Source: Chloroflexota bacterium (GTDB lineage Bacteria > Chloroflexota > Limnocylindria > Limnocylindrales > CSP1-4). Taken from it: a stretch of DNA of 64,000 bases. Each line of letters starts with the position of its first letter. Position 1 is the first letter of the stretch. Below, one piece after another: positions 56,957 to 64,000 of this stretch. Under the pieces are notes generated by a model. The model saw nothing but the letters and a program-made list of their open reading frames with translations, made no database searches and was not told where the DNA came from. Position numbers and translations under genes: made by a program. The stretch spans positions 5,123-69,122 of the forward strand of contig JANMCU010000235.1 in NCBI GenBank assembly GCA_031361415.1, in the 5' to 3' direction.

Positions 56957-56960
56957 CGCC

Positions 56961-57545
56961 ATGACCTCCGTCACCCGCCCGATCGCCACCACCCGTCGCG
57001 GCCGCATGACCGCCGACGAACGACGCGACGCGATCGTTGCCGCCGGGGTGCAGGAATTCGCGACCGGCGGTCTCGTCGGCGCGTCGACCGACGCGATCGC
57101 GCGGCGAGCGGGCGTCTCCCAGCCGTACGTCTTCCAGCTGTTCGGGACGAAGAAGGACCTGTTCCTGGCGGTCGTCCGACGCTGCTTCGAGCGGACGCGG
57201 CTCGCCTTCGAGCAGGCGGCTCGCGATTACGTGCCCGGCGGCGATCCGAGCTGCGATTCCGTGCTCGGCGCGATCGGCCTCTCGTACCACCGTCTCCTCG
57301 TCGACCGGACCCTGCTGCTCGTCCAGCTCCAGGCGTACGCCGCGTGCGCCGACTCGGACGTCCAGGCGGTCGTGCGCGAGGAGTTCGGCCGGCTCCACCG
57401 TCGGGTCCGCGAGCTGTCCGGTGCGAATCCGCTCGAGCTGCATCAATTCTTCGCGGAAGGGATGCTCCTCAACATCGCCGCCGCGGTCGAGTTCGCGGGC
57501 GACCCGAAGAGTTGGATGCTCGAGCAGATGGAGGGCGGCGTTTGA
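56961..57545 (+). CDS. TetR/AcrR family transcriptional regulator
   Basis: TetR_N HTH (FATGGLVGASTDAIARRAGVSQPYVFQLF). Confidence 0.85.
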   Translation: MTSVTRPIATTRRGRMTADERRDAIVAAGVQEFATGGLVGASTDAIARRAGVSQPYVFQLFGTKKDLFLAVVRRCFERTRLAFEQAARDYVPGGDPSCDSVLGAIGLSYHRLLVDRTLLLVQLQAYAACADSDVQAVVREEFGRLHRRVRELSGANPLELHQFFAEGMLLNIAAAVEFAGDPKSWMLEQMEGGV

Positions 57546-57589
57546 GCCAGCGCTCCCGAATCACCCAGCCCCTTTTTTCGTTCACGAAC

Positions 57590-57603
57590 TTAGCAACTGC
57601 TAA
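57590..57603. promoter_or_regulatory. inverted repeat TTAGCA-ac-TGCTAA upstream of MFS gene
   Basis: Perfect 6-bp arms; related to tetR operator half-site (ACTTAG/CTAAGT). Confidence 0.35.
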
Positions 57604-57620
57604 CTAGCAAGGAGCCTGCC

Positions 57621-59063
57621 GTGGCTGCATCTCGCCCAGCACCAACGCACCGGGTCCTGTGGACCTTCGCGATCAGCTCGATCGCCCTGTTCATGGCCGC
57701 TCTCGACAACCTGGTCGTCACGACCGCCTTGCCCGTCATCCGGGCGAGCTTTCACGCCAACCTGTCCGAGCTCGAATGGATCGTCAACGCCTACACGCTG
57801 ACGTTCGCCGTCCTGCTCCTGACCGGGGCCGCGCTGGGTGACCGGTTCGGCCGCAAGCGACTGTTCATCATCGGGCTGGCCATCTTCACCGGCGGCTCGG
57901 CGATCGCGGCGCTGTCGTCCAACGTGACCGTCCTGATCATTGCCCGTGCGATCCAGGGCCTCGGTGGCGCGATCCTCACCCCGCTGAGCCTGACGATCCT
58001 GTCGGCCGCCGTGCCGCGCGAGCGACGCGCCGTCGCCCTCGGTGCGTGGGGCGGCATCGCCGGACTCGCGATCGCGATCGGTCCGCTCGTCGGTGGCGCG
58101 ATCGCCGAGGGCCTCGCCTGGCAGTGGATCTTCTGGATCAACGTCCCGATCGGCCTTGTCGCCATTCCGATGGCCTGGACCCGCCTGACCGAGACGCGCG
58201 GTCCGTCGACCCGCCTCGACCTGCCCGGCCTCGGGTTCGTCAGCGGTGGCCTGTTCGCGGTCGTGTGGGCCCTCGTCCGAGCCAATGAGGAGGGCTGGAC
58301 GAACCCGGCGATCCTCGCCTCGTTCGCGGTCGGCTTCGTGCTCCTCGCAGCGTTCGTCGCCTGGGAGGCACGGAGCGTCGAGCCGATGCTCCCCCTCCGC
58401 CTCTTCCGCTCGCGGACGTTCAGCGCGGCGAATGCCGTCTCGCTCCTGATGTACTTCGGGATGTTCGGATCGATCTTCCTGCTCGCCCAGTTCTTCCAGG
58501 TCGTCCAGCATTACAGCCCGCTCCAGGCCGGTCTCCGGACCCTGCCCTGGACGATCATGCCGATCTTCGTCGCCCCGACCGCCGGCATCCTCTCCGCCCG
58601 GACCGGGACGCGGCCGCTGATCGTCCTCGGGATGGCGCTCCAGGCCGCGGCTCTCGGCTGGATCGCGATCGTCATCAGCCCGACAGTCGACTATCTCCAG
58701 ATCGTCCCGGCCTTCGTCGTCGCGGGCATCGGGATGGGCCTGTTCTTCGCCCCGATCGCCAACGTCGTCCTGTCGGCCGTTCGGCCCGAGGAAGAGGGCA
58801 AGGCATCGGGCGCCAACAACGCGATCCGCGAGCTCGGCGGCGTGTTCGGCGTCGCGGTCCTCGCCTCGATCTTCTCGGCCAACGGCTCGTACGTGACCGG
58901 CCAGTCGTTCGTCGACGGGATGATCCCCGCGCTCCGGGTCGGGGCGGTGTTCGTGGCGCTCGGCGCCGTCGCCGCGCTGGCCCTGACGGCGCGGACGCGG
59001 GTTGTCGCGGGCGAGACCGAGGCGTATGACGAATTCGCGGAGGCCGGCGCCGCCACCGCATAG
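57621..59063 (+). CDS. MFS drug-efflux transporter (DHA2/EmrB-QacA type, 14 TM)
   Basis: DHA2 motifs; GTG with AAGGAG RBS. Confidence 0.85.
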   Translation: MAASRPAPTHRVLWTFAISSIALFMAALDNLVVTTALPVIRASFHANLSELEWIVNAYTLTFAVLLLTGAALGDRFGRKRLFIIGLAIFTGGSAIAALSSNVTVLIIARAIQGLGGAILTPLSLTILSAAVPRERRAVALGAWGGIAGLAIAIGPLVGGAIAEGLAWQWIFWINVPIGLVAIPMAWTRLTETRGPSTRLDLPGLGFVSGGLFAVVWALVRANEEGWTNPAILASFAVGFVLLAAFVAWEARSVEPMLPLRLFRSRTFSAANAVSLLMYFGMFGSIFLLAQFFQVVQHYSPLQAGLRTLPWTIMPIFVAPTAGILSARTGTRPLIVLGMALQAAALGWIAIVISPTVDYLQIVPAFVVAGIGMGLFFAPIANVVLSAVRPEEEGKASGANNAIRELGGVFGVAVLASIFSANGSYVTGQSFVDGMIPALRVGAVFVALGAVAALALTARTRVVAGETEAYDEFAEAGAATA

Positions 59064-59356
59064 CTCCTTCCCTCCTCCGCGCGAGGGAGCCCGGGTCGGC
59101 TGGGGGCTGGCCCGGGCTTCGTCGCGCCCGGCCCCGCGCGGCCCGCCCTGGCCTGCCACGCCCGTCCCGTCCCAGCCTGGCCACGCCCGTCCCGGCCCGT
59201 GCCAGGGCGCGCGACTGATCGTGCGAAATCGACAGCTGTCGACAACCACATCCGTCTCCACGCGCTCGGGTTCGATCTCGGATTCCGATTTCGAACGACG
59301 GCCCGGAATCCGGAGGCGATCGTTGGCGGCTGACGATTTCGGATGACACCGGCCGT

Positions 59357-59376
59357 TGACTCATCGTGATGAGTCA
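59357..59376. promoter_or_regulatory. 20-bp palindrome (probable VapB operator) 16 nt upstream of vapB
   Basis: tgactcatcg|tgatgagtca. Confidence 0.5.
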
Positions 59377-59391
59377 CGTAGTGTTCTCGAC

Positions 59392-59649
59392 ATGACAAAG
59401 CGACTGCAGGTCCTGTTCGAGGACGACGAGCTGAACGAGCTCCGGCAATTCGCCCGCCGGCACCGCATGACGACCGCGGCATGGGTTCGGCGCTCGCTGC
59501 GGGCCGCCCGCGATGCCGAGTCGGGCGCGGGTGTCGGCCAGAAGCTGGCGGCGGTCCGGACCGCCGCGGCGTTCTCGTTTCCGACCGCGGACATCGACGT
59601 GTTGCTCGAAGAGATCGAGCGCGGCTACGGCCGAGAGGACCACGCGTGA
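59392..59649 (+). CDS. vapB: type II antitoxin, ribbon-helix-helix (VapB-like)
   Basis: RHH N-terminus (MTKRLQVLFEDDELNELRQFA); stop overlaps toxin start. Confidence 0.7.
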   Translation: MTKRLQVLFEDDELNELRQFARRHRMTTAAWVRRSLRAARDAESGAGVGQKLAAVRTAAAFSFPTADIDVLLEEIERGYGREDHA

Positions 59650-60044
59650 TCTTCGTCGACTCGAATATCCCGATGTACCTCGTCGGTGCTGATCATCCGA
59701 ACAAGATCGCCGCCCGGCTTCGACTGGAGCAGGCCATCGTCGACAACGAGCCGATGGCGACGGATGCCGAGGTCCTCCAGGAGCTGCTCCATCGGTACTC
59801 CGCGATCAGCCGGCGCGACGCGATCGGCCCGGCCTGGGAGGCGATCGTCGGGGTCGTCGACGTAATCCACCCGATCGAGATCGAGGACGTCACCCGCGCG
59901 CGGCGGCTCATCGCCTCCGCACCGACCCTGTCGGCACGCGATGCAGTCCATCTCGCGGTCATGCAACGCCGCGGGATCAGCCGGATCCTGACCTTCGATT
60001 CGGGCTTCGATGGGATCGTCGGCGTGGAGCGCATCGGCGCGTAG
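59646..60044 (+). CDS. vapC: PIN-domain toxin (VapC)
   Basis: PIN acidic residues (IFVDSNI..., ...D..HL); GTGA overlap with antitoxin. Confidence 0.8.
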   Translation: MIFVDSNIPMYLVGADHPNKIAARLRLEQAIVDNEPMATDAEVLQELLHRYSAISRRDAIGPAWEAIVGVVDVIHPIEIEDVTRARRLIASAPTLSARDAVHLAVMQRRGISRILTFDSGFDGIVGVERIGA

Positions 60045-60113
60045 CCCGCCCGGAATCGCCGAGCCCGGGCCGGCGATCGCGGACCCGGGCTCGTTCTCGT
60101 TCGCTCTGGATCG

Positions 60114-60836
60114 TCAGTTGACGGGCACCCGCGGCCGGTTGAGCGGGAGACCCGTCTCGCCGACGCTCACCTTGAAGATCTGCCAGTTCTCCGGGTGGAC
60201 CCCCGGCTGGAGGTCGCCGTTCGTGACGAGCAACGAGTTGCCCATGAACGCCAGCCCCCACGGCGAGAAGAAGCGCGGATCGGAGATCCGCCGGATCTCG
60301 TTGCCGGCCGGGTCGAGGACCGCGACCTGATTCGGGCCGAGCAGGCTCACGTACAGGTTGCCGCACCTGGCAAAGGCCAGACCGGTCGCCTGGGGTGGTG
60401 CGACCGACGGATCGGACGAGGCCACGAACCGGTGGACGAGCTGCATGTCGGCCGCGGTCGGATGGTCGACCAACCTGATCCGGTAGATCGTCGCGTCCGG
60501 CGAGGGCGCGAACTCGGCCGCCAGGGTGATCGAGATGTACAGCCACTGGCCGGTCGGGTCGATCCGGCCGCCGAGCGGTCCGCCGGCGAAGCCGAACAGG
60601 GAGCGGGAGCCAGTGGAATCGACACGGTCGGCGATCCGGGCCCTGCGCGGCGACGACGGCGACGAGGTTGGGAAGGGCGTATCGTCAACGCACGGTCGGG
60701 GACATGACGGGTGCCAGGGAGCGGCCGGAACAATGGCATCGGAGGGCTGATCGATGGCAGCAACGGGCGAGATGGTCGCGCCGGGGACGGAGCGGACAGC
60801 GGACGGCCTGGTCGGCCGGCTGTTCGAGGCGAGCAT
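60114..60836 (-). pseudogene. C-terminal fragment of a beta-propeller (SMP-30/gluconolactonase/NHL-like) protein; likely truncated remnant
   Basis: Only ~170 aa of propeller-like sequence preceded by Pro/Ser-rich non-domain region; overlaps convergent MTase start. Confidence 0.35.
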
Positions 60837-61866
60837 CCAGACGTTCGACCTGATGTCGGTCTACGTCGGCGACCGGCTCGGGCTGTACCGGGCGCTTCAT
60901 GACGGCGGCCCGGCGACGTCCGCCGAGCTCGCGGGCCGAGCCGGAATCGACGAGCGCTACGCCCGCGAATGGCTCGAGCACCAGGCCGTGACCGACATCC
61001 TCGATGTGGACGACCCAGCCGCACCGGCCGGTCGACGACGGTACGCCCTGCCGACGGCCTTCGTCGCACCGCTGCTCGATCTCGACAGCCCGATGTCGAT
61101 CGCGCCGCTCGCTCGGTCGGTCGTGGCCTGCGCCAAGGTCCTGCCGGAGCTGCTCGAGGCGTACCGGACCGGTGGCGGTGTCGAGTGGGCCGACTACGGC
61201 CCGGACATGATCGAGGCGCAGGGCGACTTCAACCGACCGTGGCTGCGCGGTTCGTTCGGGACGGAGATCCTGCCCGCGATCCGCGCGATCCACGATCGGC
61301 TCGTGGCGGACCCGCCGGCCCGGGTCGCGGACGTCGCATGTGGCGTCGGCTGGGCCGGGATTGCGATCGCTGCGGCGTACCCGGGCGTTCACGTCGATGG
61401 CTTCGACCTCGATCCGGGTTCGATCGAGCTTGCGCGGGCCAATGCCGAGGCCGCCGGTGTCGGTGACCGAATGACCCACGCCGTGCGCGACGCAGCCGAT
61501 CCGGCCGCGGCCGGCCAGTACGACCTCGTGGTCGTCATTGAGGCGATCCACGACCTCAATCGGCCAGTCGAGGTCCTGTCCGCGATCCGGGCCATGCTCC
61601 GGCCCGGCGGCTCGGCGCTCATCGCCGACGAGCGGACCGAGGATGCCTTCACCGCGCCCGGCAGCGAGACGGAGCGGATCTACTATGGCTTCAGCCTGTT
61701 CACATGTCTGCCCGCGGCGATGACCTCCCGACCGACGGCGGCGACCGGCACCGTGATGCGAGCGGAAGGGTTCCGCTCCTACGCGGAGGCGGCAGGCTTC
61801 ACGGGCTTCGAGCGGCTCGACGAGCCCGCCCTCGACCTGCTCCGGTTCTATCGCCTGACGCCGTAG
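60754..61866 (+). CDS. class I SAM-dependent methyltransferase with N-terminal winged-helix/dimerisation domain
   Basis: SAM motif I (VADVACGVGWAGIAIA), motif post-I (DGFDLD), 370 aa. Confidence 0.8.
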   Translation: MAATGEMVAPGTERTADGLVGRLFEASIQTFDLMSVYVGDRLGLYRALHDGGPATSAELAGRAGIDERYAREWLEHQAVTDILDVDDPAAPAGRRRYALPTAFVAPLLDLDSPMSIAPLARSVVACAKVLPELLEAYRTGGGVEWADYGPDMIEAQGDFNRPWLRGSFGTEILPAIRAIHDRLVADPPARVADVACGVGWAGIAIAAAYPGVHVDGFDLDPGSIELARANAEAAGVGDRMTHAVRDAADPAAAGQYDLVVVIEAIHDLNRPVEVLSAIRAMLRPGGSALIADERTEDAFTAPGSETERIYYGFSLFTCLPAAMTSRPTAATGTVMRAEGFRSYAEAAGFTGFERLDEPALDLLRFYRLTP

Positions 61867-61869
61867 CGG

Positions 61870-63960
61870 TCAGCCGTCGCGGGCGCGCGCTTCGGCCAGG
61901 GCGAAGGGCAGGACCGGACCGCTGCCCGCCGCCCGGAGCAGGGAGCCCGCGACCGTCATGGTCCAGCGGCTGTCGACGAGGTCGTCGACCAGCAGGACGG
62001 CCCCCGGGCGAACGGCGGCGGCGCCGGCCCCCGCGCCGGCCCCCGCGTCGATGCCGAGCTTGGCCCGCGCATTCTCGAGCTGGAGCACGCTGTTCTGCAT
62101 CGCCGACTGGGGCCGCCCGTCCGCGGCGCTCATCAGGCACGGCACGTACGGCAGGCCGAGCTCGGCCGCGAGGGATCGGGCGAACCCGTCGAGGAGCGGC
62201 CCGGCCGTCCGGGACGGGATCGACGTCACCCATTCGGGCGGCACGTCCGGTCGCCACTGGTCGCGAATCGCGCGCGTCGCCGCGACGACGAGGCCATCCG
62301 GCAGGCGCCCGACGCCGCCGCGGGCGCGCACGATCTCGCGACCCCAGCCCGCATCGCCGGCAACGCACAGCGCGATCCCCGTCTCGTTCGGCGCCGCGAT
62401 CGTCGTCCCGTTCGCCGTCCCGTCGGCCTCGACCCAGCGCTTGCGCGGCTCGATCGGGCGGAGGCTCCGGCGGAGGTAGTCGATCGCCGCCAGAACGAGG
62501 TCGCGGTCGACGTCGTGGGGCATCCCCTTGCCGACATCGTTCGAGCAGCGGCCGCACGGTCCGGTCGCGGGATCGTCGAGGAGTCCCGTGAGGAACGCCA
62601 TCCGGCAGCCGTCGGTCGTCACGTACGCCTGCATCTGCTCGAGCTCCGCGCGGCGGGTGGCCGTGACCCGCGCGATCCGCTCCTCGTCGGGCTGCCACGG
62701 CTGGTCCGTGCGCGACCAGCGGTTGCCGGTCTTCGTCAGCGCCCCGTCGAGCTCGAGCTGCTTGAGCGCCTGGTCGAGCTGGCCGCGGGTCAGGTTGACG
62801 GCCCGTTGGAACCGCCCGATTGAAGCTGAATCGACCCCGTCGAGAGCGGCCAGCAGCTCGCGCATCCGGTCGGCCGGGGGGAAGGCCGTGCGCAGGAAAT
62901 AGTCGGCGATCTCGTCGTCTTCACGACCCGACAGCAGGATCCCGTACGCCCGTTCGACCGCGCGCCCGGCCCGTCCGACCTGCTGGCAATACGCGATGGC
63001 GGAGCCCGGTCGCTGGTAGTGCACGACGAACCCCAGGTCCGGCTTGTCGAACCCCATGCCGAGCGCGACCGTCGCGACGAGCGCCTTCATGTCGTTCGCG
63101 ATCAGGGCGTCCTCGAGCGCCTCGCGGTCGACCTGCGAGAGCGGGCCGCTGTAGGCGCGGGCGTCGATCCCGCGGCTCCGGAGCCAGGTCGCGACCCGCT
63201 CCGTGTCGGCCACGGTCAGGCAATACACGATGCCGCTGCCCGGCAGGCGCGGGATGTTCTGGGCCAGCCAGGCGAGCCGCTCCGCCTGGTCGGCGAGCGG
63301 GATGGCATCAAGCCGGAGCGTGTCGCGCGCAAGCGGGCCGCGGCTGACAGCGACGTGCTCGCCGAGCTGGGCCGCGACGTCGGCAACGACCCGGTCGTTG
63401 GCGGTCGCGGTCGTCGCGAGGACCGGGACGGTCGGGCCGAGCAACGGCAGGAGCCGGCTGATCCGCTGGTAGTCCGGGCGGAAGTCGTGGCCCCAGTCGG
63501 AGATGCAGTGAGCCTCGTCGATGACGAGCAGGCCGATCGTCCGCTCGATCGCCGGCAGCACGCGGCTTGTGAAGCCCTCGTTGGCGAGCCGCTCCGGCGA
63601 GATCAGGAGGACGTCGATCTCGTTGCGCTCGAGCCGGCCCTCGATCTCGCGCCACTCGCCGACGTTGCCGGAGTTGATCGTCACGGCCTCGAGCCCGAGC
63701 CGGGCGGCCATCGCGATCTGGTTGCGCATCAGGCTCAGCAGCGGGCTGACGATCAGGGTCGGGCCGTGACCGCGGTCGCGTCGAACCCGGGTGGCGATCC
63801 AGTAGACGAGGCTCTTGCCCCAGCCGGTCCGCTGGACGACGAGAGCCCGAGCGCCGTCGTCGACGACCGCCTCGATCGCCTCGCGCTGGCCCTCGCGGAA
63901 GGTGGCGTCCGGACCGAGCATCGTCCGAAGGTGGTCCTCGAGCGGGGGCGCGGTCAGCAC
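61870..63960 (-). CDS. RecQ-family ATP-dependent DNA helicase fused to C-terminal ComF-like phosphoribosyltransferase domain
   Basis: RecQ motifs (QRTGWGKSLVY, VIDEAHCISDWGHDFRPDY, RecQ Zn/WH region) plus type-I PRTase signature VLLVDDLVDSRWTMTVAG at the C-terminus; GTG start. Confidence 0.85.
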   Translation of the reverse strand: MLTAPPLEDHLRTMLGPDATFREGQREAIEAVVDDGARALVVQRTGWGKSLVYWIATRVRRDRGHGPTLIVSPLLSLMRNQIAMAARLGLEAVTINSGNVGEWREIEGRLERNEIDVLLISPERLANEGFTSRVLPAIERTIGLLVIDEAHCISDWGHDFRPDYQRISRLLPLLGPTVPVLATTATANDRVVADVAAQLGEHVAVSRGPLARDTLRLDAIPLADQAERLAWLAQNIPRLPGSGIVYCLTVADTERVATWLRSRGIDARAYSGPLSQVDREALEDALIANDMKALVATVALGMGFDKPDLGFVVHYQRPGSAIAYCQQVGRAGRAVERAYGILLSGREDDEIADYFLRTAFPPADRMRELLAALDGVDSASIGRFQRAVNLTRGQLDQALKQLELDGALTKTGNRWSRTDQPWQPDEERIARVTATRRAELEQMQAYVTTDGCRMAFLTGLLDDPATGPCGRCSNDVGKGMPHDVDRDLVLAAIDYLRRSLRPIEPRKRWVEADGTANGTTIAAPNETGIALCVAGDAGWGREIVRARGGVGRLPDGLVVAATRAIRDQWRPDVPPEWVTSIPSRTAGPLLDGFARSLAAELGLPYVPCLMSAADGRPQSAMQNSVLQLENARAKLGIDAGAGAGAGAAAVRPGAVLLVDDLVDSRWTMTVAGSLLRAAGSGPVLPFALAEARARDG

Positions 63961-64000
63961 GAGGCAGTGTCGACGGTCATCGACTCATGATCGCAGGCCC

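Noticed and set aside
59261-59300. tRNA-like T-arm string (gggttcgatctcgg) and a general search for tRNA/rRNA
   Set aside because: No matching acceptor or anticodon arms and no GGTTCGAATCC-type T-loop. No tRNA or rRNA genes detected anywhere in the window by eye.
59290-59310. LexA/SOS (Cheo-type) box near TCGAAC at 59297 and near the helicase upstream region
   Set aside because: TCGAAC half-site present but no properly spaced GTTCGA partner. The RecA-NDp-like TTGTCGACG at about 53864 lacks the downstream TAnnnT. Not called.
1-64000. Mobile elements (transposase, integrase, phage genes)
   Set aside because: No transposase or integrase-like translations, terminal inverted repeats or att-like duplications found. 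The VapBC/RecQ-PRTase islet has no flanking mobility genes within the window.

Overview
This is a 64-kb, roughly 72% GC chromosomal segment, most likely from an actinobacterium-like organism. The clues are an F420/Fgd system, a Hanks-type Ser/Thr kinase, a class A penicillin-binding protein, a DUF2029/GT87-like membrane protein, and many 4-nt GTGA/ATGA start-stop overlaps. I can support about 60 protein-coding genes. I found no rRNA or tRNA genes, CRISPR arrays, transposases or integrases. Starts were refined from the ORF track using in-frame Met/GTG/TTG codons, Shine-Dalgarno-like sequences, expected domain boundaries and, where in doubt, third-codon-position GC. Many long ORFs on opposite strands or frames are GC-driven artefacts and were discarded.

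Main blocks:
- FAD-dependent oxidoreductase and class V aminotransferase-like gene pair.
- YceI/MarR divergent pair.
- PQQ sugar dehydrogenase and FTR1 iron permease.
- Cell-envelope/signalling chain: PBP1A, then an AI-2E transporter, then a 1386-aa multi-PAS/GAF histidine kinase, with 4-nt overlaps between them.
- CorA preceded by a translationally coupled small ORF.
- Stress-protein cluster (YeaQ/GlsB, SRPBCC, DUF883-like, CsbD-like).
- Bacterial type IB topoisomerase in an operon with an unknown membrane protein.
- ABC-2 exporter.
- aceE (pyruvate dehydrogenase E1).
- OmpR-type regulator, nicotinamidase-like protein, FEN-like exonuclease, IMPase, MTA phosphorylase and an EAL-domain protein.
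- F420 island: fgd, cofD, cofC, a single-domain cofE, a PPOX-class enzyme and five LLM-class oxidoreductases, including a recent tandem duplicate.
- MFS transporter divergent from a Ser/Thr kinase.
- UvrD2-like helicase with HRDC plus a small beta-barrel partner.
- ArsR-AHSA1, GNAT, TetR-MFS and VapBC.
- At the 3' edge, a RecQ helicase fused to a ComF-like phosphoribosyltransferase domain, next to a SAM methyltransferase and a truncated beta-propeller remnant.

Most unusual observations:
- The RecQ-PRTase fusion islet.
- An AT-rich palindromic CGATTTCG motif clustered in two intergenic regions, upstream of the helicase operon and of vapBC.
- A 41-codon ORF overlapping the corA start.
- A 1.1-kb gene-poor region with several perfect hairpins.
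- An orphan Gly-zipper gene flanked by 37-bp repeats.
- An identical 17-mer upstream of the PBP gene and the response-regulator gene.
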